Of a DNA stretch of 64,000 nucleotides, positions 39,372 through 46,966 are shown one piece after another. The notes under the pieces were generated by a model. That model saw only the letters and a program-made list of their open reading frames with translations. It was not told the DNA's origin and did no database searches. The translations under genes and the position numbers were made by a program. Each line of letters begins with the position of its first letter. The stretch's first letter is position 1. Location: positions 192,001 to 256,000 of the forward strand of contig JANJUP010000022.1 of NCBI GenBank assembly GCA_024710525.1, given 5' to 3'. This stretch comes from Candidatus Rifleibacteriota bacterium. GTDB taxonomy: Bacteria; Muiribacteriota; Ozemobacteria; Ozemobacterales; Ozemobacteraceae.

Positions 39372-40625
39372 TCAGTATTTCTTTTCGTCGACGAACGAAA
39401 GTGATTCGTCAATTGCCTTGAGCGTGTATTTGAGATCTTCATCAGTGTGCCGGTAGCAGATGTAACCGTGGTGATACGGCTGCAGGAACACCTTGCGTCT
39501 GATCAGCTGGGTATAGAAGTCGACGCGCTTTGCCTTGTAGGTTTTCGACTCGTCTTTGTTGAAAGTGACGAAAGGCATCTGTGGCACCGGAGAAGCGCCG
39601 GTCGAAACTTTGTGCTTTGCCAGAACCTTGCCGAGCTCAGCGTTGAACCATTCACCCTTGGCTTTGATCACATCGAGAACCTTGTCGCGTTCGAGCATTT
39701 CGATGGTTTTGAGAGCGGCGGCGAATTCAAGGCTGTTCGGGAAGAAAGTCGATGAAATGAAAACTTCCTTTTCGATTTTTTTCATGAACTGCGCTTTGCC
39801 GACACAGGCGCCGATCGGGTAACCATTCGCCATTGCTTTGCCGAAGGTTGACAGGTCGGGGGTGACGCCAAACAGGGTCTGGGCGCCACCGATATGAACT
39901 CTGAAGCCGGAGCGGATTTCGTCAAAAATAAGAACCGCGCCGTATTTGTCGGCCAGAGCTCTTACGCCTTCGAGAAAGCCGGGTTTCGGATATTCGACCT
40001 GCTCGGCGAGGGGGTGCCCGATCGGGGTAACGATGATGGCAGCAGTCTGGTCGCCATGCTGCTTCATCAGATCTTCGAGCTGTTCGAGATGGTTATAGTG
40101 AAATTCATAAACATCTTCATAGAGTTTGGCAGGAACGCCACCTTTTACTTCGACGCACCAGTCATGCCAGCCATGGTACCCGCAGCGCATGATCTTGTTC
40201 CGGCCAGTGTAGCCACGGGCAACGCGGGTTGCCAGAGTTGTGGCATCTGAGCCGGTTTTGACGAAAACGGTCATTTCGGCACATTTGATCAAGTTTTTCA
40301 ACTTAACTGCCAGCTGATTCTGAATTGGCTGGGTGAGAGAAAAACAGAAGCCTTTGTTGCGCATCTGGTCGATTGCGGCGTTATCGATTTCTTCTTCGCG
40401 GTGGCCGATGATGATCGGGCCGTAGGCACAAAGGTAATCGAGATATTCGTTGCCGTCGATATCGGTTATTCTGCCGCCTTTACCGTGGTCGAAATATATC
40501 GGGTATTCGCCCTCGACAAAGTTGTATGGGCGTCTGATACCGAGAACACCACCCGGGGTGCAGGTCTTGCCGTGTTCGAATTCGGCCATGCTTTTCTTTA
40601 AATTGAGCTTCGGTGCGTCGTACAT
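39372..40625 (-). CDS. Class III (glutamate-1-semialdehyde aminomutase-like) PLP aminotransferase. Candidate 3-aminobutyryl-CoA aminotransferase (Kat-like).
   Basis: Class-III aminotransferase fold, with the PLP-lysine region (FDEIRSGFR...). It sits where kal (the ammonia lyase) is found in canonical clusters. I prefer the ATG at 40625 with GGAGG upstream. Confidence 0.7.
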   Translation of the reverse strand: MYDAPKLNLKKSMAEFEHGKTCTPGGVLGIRRPYNFVEGEYPIYFDHGKGGRITDIDGNEYLDYLCAYGPIIIGHREEEIDNAAIDQMRNKGFCFSLTQPIQNQLAVKLKNLIKCAEMTVFVKTGSDATTLATRVARGYTGRNKIMRCGYHGWHDWCVEVKGGVPAKLYEDVYEFHYNHLEQLEDLMKQHGDQTAAIIVTPIGHPLAEQVEYPKPGFLEGVRALADKYGAVLIFDEIRSGFRVHIGGAQTLFGVTPDLSTFGKAMANGYPIGACVGKAQFMKKIEKEVFISSTFFPNSLEFAAALKTIEMLERDKVLDVIKAKGEWFNAELGKVLAKHKVSTGASPVPQMPFVTFNKDESKTYKAKRVDFYTQLIRRKVFLQPYHHGYICYRHTDEDLKYTLKAIDESLSFVDEKKY

Positions 40626-40749
40626 AATTCCTTCCCTCCTGATATATGTTCTGATGAGGTAAAACAAGCTGCGAATCAAGTATTGAACCACTTGCAGGGC
40701 AAATCAGCCGCAGCCTTGTTAATGCTATCACAAACTCTGGTTTCTTTCT

Positions 40750-40790
40750 GCAAAAAAAAATCCCCCGTTGCCGGGGGATTTTCGCTGGTT
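40750..40790 (-). terminator. Rho-independent terminator of the acidic repeat protein gene
   Basis: An 8-bp GC stem (atcccccg / ttgc / cgggggat). On the minus strand it is followed by a 9-U tract (the plus-strand A9 at 40752-40760). Confidence 0.6.
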
Positions 40791-40796
40791 TTAAAG

Positions 40797-41456
40797 TCAG
40801 TCTTCAGAAGAACTGTCGTCAGATGAGCTGTCTGTAGCCGACGAATCTGCGTCAGAGTCATCGCTGCCGCTGTCTGAATCGCCCGAGTCATCAGAACTAC
40901 CGGAATCTGAGTCCCCGGAGTCGCCCGAATCGTCAGAGTCATCCGGTTTATCAGAGTCACCCGAATCGTCTGGGTTGTCAGAGTCGCCCGAATCATCCGG
41001 CTTGTCCGAATCATCGGTATCATCCGAATCTCCAGAATCTCCAGAATCACCGGAGTCGCCTGAGTCGCCCGAATCACCGGAATCACCCGAATCACCCGAA
41101 TCACCCGAATAGCCTGAGCCTGAACTTCCGGAAGAAGATCCGGAGGCGCTGTCTGGAACGCTTTCCCAGGTGTCGGCCTTGATTTCTTTGCCTACGAGGG
41201 TACCTTCAATTTTGATATCTTTGTTTTCATACTGCTCGGCAATGGCCTTGCCGTTTTCATCCATAACCAGTGTGTAGGTTACCGGATTACCGGCGCCATC
41301 ACGATTGCTGGTCTGAAGGACAGCGCCGCTGATCTGCCTGCTGGCATCTCTGGTAACGGTAATCATGCCGGAAAAGAATGCAGCAGAAGCAGAGGCCAGG
41401 GACATGGCAAAGAACCCTGCCGCCAGGGCGGCAACGGTAATTTTTTTGGATCTCAT
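40797..41456 (-). CDS. Secreted protein with a long acidic Ser/Gly/Asp (SGD)n low-complexity tail
   Basis: A signal peptide is followed by a folded domain of about 100 aa. The tail is about 110 aa of GDSGDSGDS...DDSGDSDKPDDS repeats with strongly negative charge. Confidence 0.7.
   Translation of the reverse strand: MRSKKITVAALAAGFFAMSLASASAAFFSGMITVTRDASRQISGAVLQTSNRDGAGNPVTYTLVMDENGKAIAEQYENKDIKIEGTLVGKEIKADTWESVPDSASGSSSGSSGSGYSGDSGDSGDSGDSGDSGDSGDSGDSGDSDDTDDSDKPDDSGDSDNPDDSGDSDKPDDSDDSGDSGDSDSGSSDDSGDSDSGSDDSDADSSATDSSSDDSSSED
40985..41110 (-). repeat. Coding tandem repeats (9/18-bp units, gaatcaccc-like) encoding (SGD)n
   Basis: Seen directly, for example ccggaatcacccgaatcacccgaatcacccgaat. 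It is a length-variable microsatellite-like stretch. Confidence 0.6.
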
Positions 41457-41776
41457 TCAGGGTACTTCCTTTCAGGGAACTTACGGGCTATTAGTAAGAT
41501 CAACCATCAGTCTTCGTTACTATAATAATCTAATTCATCTTTATCGTCTGTAAAAATTTTCACCCCGCGTCTGGGCTTTTTTGCCTTTGCCCGCCGTGGC
41601 TCATTGGCAAAATCGAAATCATCGTATTCTCTCTTCATCTTTTTCAACACTTTTTTATCTGGTTTTTGAGTTTTCACCTTTCATTCTCCTTTGTATACAA
41701 AGAAAAATCAATAAAATAGACAGACTCCTACCTTGCTTATGCCAAGTTTGCAGAATTTTGTCAAGAGGGGTACACG

Positions 41777-42757
41777 CTAGGGTCTGGTGGCAACGATAAC
41801 CGCCCGCACCGGGGCAGGCAGCCCTTCGATTGTCAGATCGTGATTTTGCGGGTCGAGGCATTTTTCAAGCGATTCCCCCGGCATCCAGGTCGTGGTTCTC
41901 TGTTCTTCGACAGTTGTTCTGGCTGCATCGGCAAGTCTGACGTCGGCAAAACCAATTTTGGTAAGCCATTTGCATAGAGCCGGCACCGACGGAATGAACC
42001 AGACATTGTTCATTCTCGCGTAGCGATCCTGCGGTACAAGCACCTGGTTTTCGTCGCCGGCAATTACGAGAGTTTCAAGAACCAGTTCACCGCCTCGGCG
42101 CAGCAGCATTTTCAGACTTTTGAGAAAATCGAAGGGCGAGCGGCGATGATAGAAAACCCCCATCGAAAAAACCGTGTCAAAAGCTTCCATGTTTTCCGGA
42201 AGATCTTCGAATCCCACCGGCAAAAGAAAGGTGTCTGTCACTTTGAGATATTTCTGTACAGCTGAAAATTGCGCCAGAAAAAGCATTGATGGATCGATGC
42301 CGATAGTAAGAGCGGCTCCCATGGAGGCCATGCGAAAGAGGTAGTAGCCGTTGCCACACCCGACGTCAAGAACTTTGCGCCCACGCAGACTACTGATGTG
42401 CGGCGCTACACGCTCCCATTTCATGTCACAACGCCATTCGCTGTCGATAAAAGTTCCACATATATCGAAGGGGCCTTTTCGCCAGGGTTGCAGCTGCAGA
42501 AGCGCCTGTCTGAGATTTTCAGCCGACCCGGTCGATACCGGTGCTTTGCTGATTGCAGACACAATTTTGCGGTCAATTTCGGCCCGGCAGTCAGCCAGTT
42601 CCGGAAGTTTCTGCAATGCGGCCAGCCACCCGGGAAGGTTGCCGTCTGGCTTGTTTGTAGCGGTTTCTACTGCATTCTGCAGATGCTTTTGCCACCTTTG
42701 CAGGCCGTGCCGGTTCAGTGCCTGATAAAATTCTGAAAAATCGAATGGACTGGTCAT
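41777..42757 (-). CDS. cmoB: tRNA U34 carboxymethyltransferase
   Basis: 326 aa, closely CmoB-like (LQPWRKGPF; VLDVGCGNGYY; FDTVFSMGVFYHRRSPFDFL). It overlaps cmoA by 4 nt. Confidence 0.85.
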   Translation of the reverse strand: MTSPFDFSEFYQALNRHGLQRWQKHLQNAVETATNKPDGNLPGWLAALQKLPELADCRAEIDRKIVSAISKAPVSTGSAENLRQALLQLQPWRKGPFDICGTFIDSEWRCDMKWERVAPHISSLRGRKVLDVGCGNGYYLFRMASMGAALTIGIDPSMLFLAQFSAVQKYLKVTDTFLLPVGFEDLPENMEAFDTVFSMGVFYHRRSPFDFLKSLKMLLRRGGELVLETLVIAGDENQVLVPQDRYARMNNVWFIPSVPALCKWLTKIGFADVRLADAARTTVEEQRTTTWMPGESLEKCLDPQNHDLTIEGLPAPVRAVIVATRP

Positions 42758-43488
42758 TTGATAGCGAGCATCGACATGAAATTAAAACACTGAAACCAGA
42801 CGTCGGCACTGCTGAAGCCCGCGTCGAGCAGCCGTTGCGTATGGGTTTCGATGGTTTCGGGAATCAGCACGTTTTCGAGAGCGGTGCGCTTCTGACTTAT
42901 TTCGAGCTCACTGTAGCCGTTGGCCTTTTTAAAAGCGTGGTATACGTCGATCAGAAGTTCGTTGACATGCTGATTGTTGAACTTAACTTTTTCAGAGAGA
43001 ATCAGAATTCCGCCAGGAAGCATGCCGTCGGCGATTTTTTTGAGCAGTGGCCTTCTCTGTGACGGGTCGATGAACTGCAGAGTAAAATTCATTACCACCA
43101 CTGAAGCGTTGGTAAATTCACAGCTGTTGGCATCGGCGCAGATGAACTCCATTCTGGCGGCGTCTTCGGGGCGGCTGGCGATCTGACGGCAGCGGTCGAT
43201 CATCGCGTTGGAAGTATCGATGCCGACAATCAGGCAGTTTTTGACTTTCAGCCCTTTGAGCATGGCCAGCGAACTGGCTCCGAGCGAACACCCGAGGTCA
43301 TAAAGATTCGAGCCAGGTTGAGCATAGCGGGCGGTAAGGGTTTCGATCATGTTGATAATCGCCGGGTAACCGGGAATCGATCTTTTCAGCATATCTGGAA
43401 ATACCGCTGCAACCCTGTCGTCAAAAACAAAATCCGCGGGTTTTTCGATTATTTCCGCAAAAATTCGATCCCTGTTCGTTTCAGACAT
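42754..43488 (-). CDS. cmoA: Carboxy-S-adenosyl-L-methionine synthase
   Basis: 244 aa, CmoA-like (FDDRVAAVFPDMLKRSIPGY; YDLGCSLGA). Confidence 0.85.
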   Translation of the reverse strand: MSETNRDRIFAEIIEKPADFVFDDRVAAVFPDMLKRSIPGYPAIINMIETLTARYAQPGSNLYDLGCSLGASSLAMLKGLKVKNCLIVGIDTSNAMIDRCRQIASRPEDAARMEFICADANSCEFTNASVVVMNFTLQFIDPSQRRPLLKKIADGMLPGGILILSEKVKFNNQHVNELLIDVYHAFKKANGYSELEISQKRTALENVLIPETIETHTQRLLDAGFSSADVWFQCFNFMSMLAIK

Positions 43489-43492
43489 GAAA

Positions 43493-43522
43493 AATGCGCC
43501 TCAATTTGAATTGAGACGCATT
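43493..43522 (-). terminator. Hairpin between the EEP gene and cmoA. Probably a terminator, or an RBS-proximal structure.
   Basis: A 12-bp stem with one mismatch (aatgcgcctcaa / ttgagacgcatt), followed on the minus strand by UUUU. It ends only about 5 nt before the cmoA ATG. Confidence 0.35.
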
Positions 43523-43545
43523 ATAACAGCAGGTCGGCAATAAGT

Positions 43546-44463
43546 CTATCTGCCCGGCTGGGCTTTTAGGAGCCAGAAATCATTATAGAGAAGGCCATGG
43601 TCAGAGTAGTCGAGGTCGAACCCGGTGACCTTGCTGGTTGCATAACGCCACGGGCCGTAAGTGAACAGATAATCAATCTTAACGTCTGGCAGATTCTTGA
43701 AAGTGGTGTTCAGATTGGCAGAGGCATCTTTCATTCTCTGAGACAGCCACTTGATGCGGTCTGATTTGGGGCGCGAATTGAAATCGCCGCACAAAATGAC
43801 CGGAAACTCACTCTTTTCAACGATTTCCCAGATTTGTTCAACCTGTCGGTTTGATTCTTCTGCTTTCAGGCTGAGATGGGCGACGAGAATCTTGACTTTG
43901 CCAGCTGTTCCCAGGTCGACGGTGGCTTCGAGACAGCTTCTCTGTTCATTCTTTTCGTCAGAACGGTACAGGTTGTGGTTCTTGTGGTCAACGATCGGAA
44001 ATCGCGAAACGATGGCATTGCCCTGTGTCGCCATTTTGCCGAACAGGCCGCGTTTGAGGTTCTGGGCATAAACATGATGAAAGCCGAGATATTCAGCAAT
44101 GAATTTGGGCTGATTTTTGAACAGAACCCTCAGATCGCCACTGGCAATTTCTGTGAAACCAATGATATCGAGACGGTTGTTTTTTACCAGTCTGGCGATT
44201 CCCTTCAGTTTTGAAGGCTTGCCGACTTCATTGAGCCCGCCGGTGTTTTCGCCGCGCGCATGTGCGATGTTGTAGCCGCCGACTCTGATCTTTTTCAATC
44301 CGTTCTCCGGCTTGAGTACGGCCCTGGCCGGGGCCTGATCCAGAGACGCTGCCGCATCGCTGACCTTAACCGTTTCATTGGCAAATGGCGAGGCCGCCCC
44401 TGCGGTCGACAGGCAGAAAAAGCACAAAAAGGCAAGCAGACCCAGACAGCAAAGGTTGCGCAT
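43546..44463 (-). CDS. Secreted endonuclease/exonuclease/phosphatase (EEP)-family protein
   Basis: A signal peptide (LLAFLCFFCLSTAGAA) is followed by an EEP fold with catalytic-type motifs (GFTEI...; LCGDFN; SDHG). I chose the ATG at 44463 (AAGGAG 7 nt upstream); the track's longer start is at 44562. Confidence 0.7.
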   Translation of the reverse strand: MRNLCCLGLLAFLCFFCLSTAGAASPFANETVKVSDAAASLDQAPARAVLKPENGLKKIRVGGYNIAHARGENTGGLNEVGKPSKLKGIARLVKNNRLDIIGFTEIASGDLRVLFKNQPKFIAEYLGFHHVYAQNLKRGLFGKMATQGNAIVSRFPIVDHKNHNLYRSDEKNEQRSCLEATVDLGTAGKVKILVAHLSLKAEESNRQVEQIWEIVEKSEFPVILCGDFNSRPKSDRIKWLSQRMKDASANLNTTFKNLPDVKIDYLFTYGPWRYATSKVTGFDLDYSDHGLLYNDFWLLKAQPGR

Positions 44464-44595
44464 ATGCATGCTCCTTAAGCAATTCAGTCTCAATTTATAA
44501 TATACCTGCGATCTGAGCATCGGTTTAAAAAATATTGAGAAAATTCTGACCCGGCTGTACAATGGGAGCTAATTCCTGGAGTTGCGGAGAACCTC

Positions 44596-45564
44596 ATGAA
44601 AAACCGTCTTTTTTCTATTGTCAGGGAAAGCTGTGCCCGAGTGGCCGGTCTGGCGCGGTCGGTCAGCATCAATCACGACCTTCTTGGTGACTATGTTGCC
44701 TCTCTTCCTGTCGAAATAGCATTGAATCCGGTAATGGATACCGAAAATCATTTTTGCGATGACCCGGAAGCAGCGCTGGTCTATTTTCTCGTGCTCGACT
44801 GTATAAACTTTGGTTCAGGCTGGTTCAATGCTCTTGACCTTGAATCTGGCTGTAAAAACGGCTATTTTACGATAGCCTCACGCCTTAAACGCGATTTTAT
44901 AGCCAGGGGAAGCTACCAGGCCGACTTTCTGCAGCAGATAAGCGCCGAAGAATGCTGCCGTGTTTTCGGCCAGAACCCTGATAACTCCGCAGCCTTTCAA
45001 TTGATGAATCTTTTTGCTGCGGCTCTGCGTGATTTTGGCGAACTGCTGCTGCGAGAATTTTCTGGTTCGTGCCGGGAGCTGGTTTTGGGTTCCGGTCATT
45101 CAGCTGCTGAACTAGGTGTCAGGCTTCTGAAAATGCCATTCTATCGTGATATCTTTCCTTATGCCGGGCGAGATACTTATATTTTGAAAAGGGTTCAGAT
45201 AACGGCTTCTGATCTGCATATTGCCTTTAAAGGCAGCGGTTACGGCAGGTTTGACGATATTGGTGACCTGACTATCTTTGCCGATAATCTGGTGCCGCAT
45301 GTGCTGATGCACGATGGCATTCTGCAATACAGTGATGCGCTTGCCGGTGCGATTGCTTCTGGTCAGCCACTTGCTTCTGGTTCTGACGAGGAAATCGAGT
45401 TGAGAGCCTGCTGTGTGCATGCGGTTGAGCTGCTGCGCGAAGAGTTTGCCCGCCGAAATGTCGCGGTGACCTCTCAGGGGCTTGATTTCCTGCTCTGGAA
45501 CCGTGGCCTCGACGAAAAATACGCCAGAACGCCGTCGCATTTCACCAGATGTGTTTTTTATTGA
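44596..45564 (+). CDS. Queuosine salvage protein (Qng1/DUF2419 family; queuosine 5'-phosphate N-glycosylase/hydrolase-like)
   Basis: Blockwise similarity to the Qng1/C9orf64 family: VLDCINFGSGWF, LTIFADNLVPHVLMHDGILQYSDAL, EIELRACCVHAVELLR and LDFLLWNRG. GGAGA RBS. Confidence 0.7.
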   Translation: MKNRLFSIVRESCARVAGLARSVSINHDLLGDYVASLPVEIALNPVMDTENHFCDDPEAALVYFLVLDCINFGSGWFNALDLESGCKNGYFTIASRLKRDFIARGSYQADFLQQISAEECCRVFGQNPDNSAAFQLMNLFAAALRDFGELLLREFSGSCRELVLGSGHSAAELGVRLLKMPFYRDIFPYAGRDTYILKRVQITASDLHIAFKGSGYGRFDDIGDLTIFADNLVPHVLMHDGILQYSDALAGAIASGQPLASGSDEEIELRACCVHAVELLREEFARRNVAVTSQGLDFLLWNRGLDEKYARTPSHFTRCVFY

Positions 45565-45571
45565 CCGGGAT

Positions 45572-45601
45572 AAAAAATGGCCGCTGTCGGCGGCCATTTT
45601 T
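45572..45601. terminator. Bidirectional rho-independent terminator
   Basis: aaaaa-atggccgc-tgtcg-gcggccat-ttttt. An 8-bp GC-rich stem is flanked by A5 and T5. It lies between the convergent genes ending at 45564 (+) and 45632 (-). Confidence 0.65.
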
Positions 45602-45631
45602 ATAGAGAAAAAGAACAGATACAGGTTGAGG

Positions 45632-45853
45632 TTATTTGAGGTAGGTTGGTTGCGGAATATTAGCGGTTTTTACTTCCGGGCGCAGTTCTTCGCCGAAGGT
45701 CATCACCCGGTCGTTCTGGCGTGGGTCTGAAGGTGCATACATCGAAGCGATGAACTGAAAAATACCGCCGGCGCTGAAGTTTTCCTGCGAGAGCGCCAGC
45801 CCTGAGCAGAGAGAGGCCATTAGCAACAGAATTATCAAGGTAGTTTTCTGCAT
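45632..45853 (-). CDS. Small exported protein (hypothetical, 73 aa)
   Basis: There is a signal peptide (TTLIILLLMASLCSGLALS). Its end is followed by the bidirectional terminator. I see no homology. Confidence 0.4.
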   Translation of the reverse strand: MQKTTLIILLLMASLCSGLALSQENFSAGGIFQFIASMYAPSDPRQNDRVMTFGEELRPEVKTANIPQPTYLK

Positions 45854-46033
45854 ACTTCATTCACCAGCTTTTGTTCTGTCTGATTTACAACAAGCAAGAT
45901 ACGTACCATTCTTTCGACATTTTGCATGCGAAAATTTAGCTGAAAAAGGCTAATTTAAAGGCATTAAGATAAAAACAGTGTGAAAAAAAGGCCCATTGTG
46001 CTGAAATTTCAGCATCTCGCTGCCAGTTTTTAG

Positions 46034-46966
46034 CTAAGCAATGTCGCAGCGGGATTTTCCCTGCCAGAGATTTTCTGCTGCCAGCTCTTTCTCAAGTCTG
46101 CGCCGAAACTCGGTTTCTGTGATTCCACCCCAGCGCGGCGCAATAAGAAACTCTTCCGGCACCCGGTTCAAAAACCGCTCAATATGAATCTCCGTTGATA
46201 AATGGCTGATGAAGCGGGTGAGTAGAGAAATATAGCTTGCCGGAGTGTGAAGCTGAAACATCGCAGGAGTGGTTTTAAACATATCTGCCGCAGTGGTATC
46301 TTTGACAATCTGCAGATGGTGAAGTTTGACCAGGCGAACTTTCGATTCTGATATGATTCTGGCACTGCTTTCAGGGGCCTGCGGGCTTTCTTCGGGCAAC
46401 CCGAAAATCAAATGAACGCAGGTTTCTATTTCAGCCCGCCGCAGACTTGCAAGAGCGATAAGAGAAGTCTGCGTGTCATGACAGCGGTTGATTCTTTGCA
46501 GAACCCTGTCTTCAAACGACTCTACTCCCAATTCAACCCTGAGATAGACCTTGCCGGCGATCTCTTTGAGCAGTTCAATCACTTCGCCACCCAGGCAGTC
46601 AGGACGCGTTGCGACAACCAGACCCTCGATTCCTTCAATCGACAAGGCTTCCCGATAGAGTCTGTTCAGGGTTTCGACCGGTGCAAAAGTGCCTGAGAAC
46701 GTCTGAAGGTAAGCGAAAAACCGGCTGCAGCTGTAACGGTCAGAGAAAAACCTGATTCCTGCCTGCAGCTGCTCGGTGATTGTTTTTTCGGCGGTAACAT
46801 AAAATGGCGAAAAGCTTCTGTTGCTGCAATAGATACAACCCGCGGCAGAAACCGTGCCATCGCGGTTTGGGCAGGAAAAACCGGCATCGACGGGAATTTT
46901 TTGCACCCGCCCGCCAAATATTCTCTGGTAGTAGCTTCCGGCGGGGTTAAACAGTGGTCTGCTCAA
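46034..46966 (-). CDS. TIGR01212-family radical SAM protein
   Basis: The cysteine motif and N-terminal context of the TIGR01212/YhcC family are present (FSCPNRDGTVSAAGCIYC). TTG start overlapping the upstream stop. Confidence 0.8.
   Translation of the reverse strand: MSRPLFNPAGSYYQRIFGGRVQKIPVDAGFSCPNRDGTVSAAGCIYCSNRSFSPFYVTAEKTITEQLQAGIRFFSDRYSCSRFFAYLQTFSGTFAPVETLNRLYREALSIEGIEGLVVATRPDCLGGEVIELLKEIAGKVYLRVELGVESFEDRVLQRINRCHDTQTSLIALASLRRAEIETCVHLIFGLPEESPQAPESSARIISESKVRLVKLHHLQIVKDTTAADMFKTTPAMFQLHTPASYISLLTRFISHLSTEIHIERFLNRVPEEFLIAPRWGGITETEFRRRLEKELAAENLWQGKSRCDIA

Noticed and set aside
40627-40760. Possible lysine riboswitch or other leader element upstream of the lysine fermentation operon
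   Set aside because: Only about 130 nt are available, and I cannot recognise L-box conserved helices by eye. A covariance-model search would be needed.
40676-41104. 142-aa minus-strand ORF (Ile/Arg/Thr-rich)
   Set aside because: It is an alternative frame of the (SGD)n tandem-repeat DNA, and repeats create spurious open frames.
45854-46033. Possible small RNA in the 180-nt gap containing the palindrome gctgaaatttcagc
   Set aside because: There is no terminator-like structure or promoter pair I can support. It is noted only as a palindrome.
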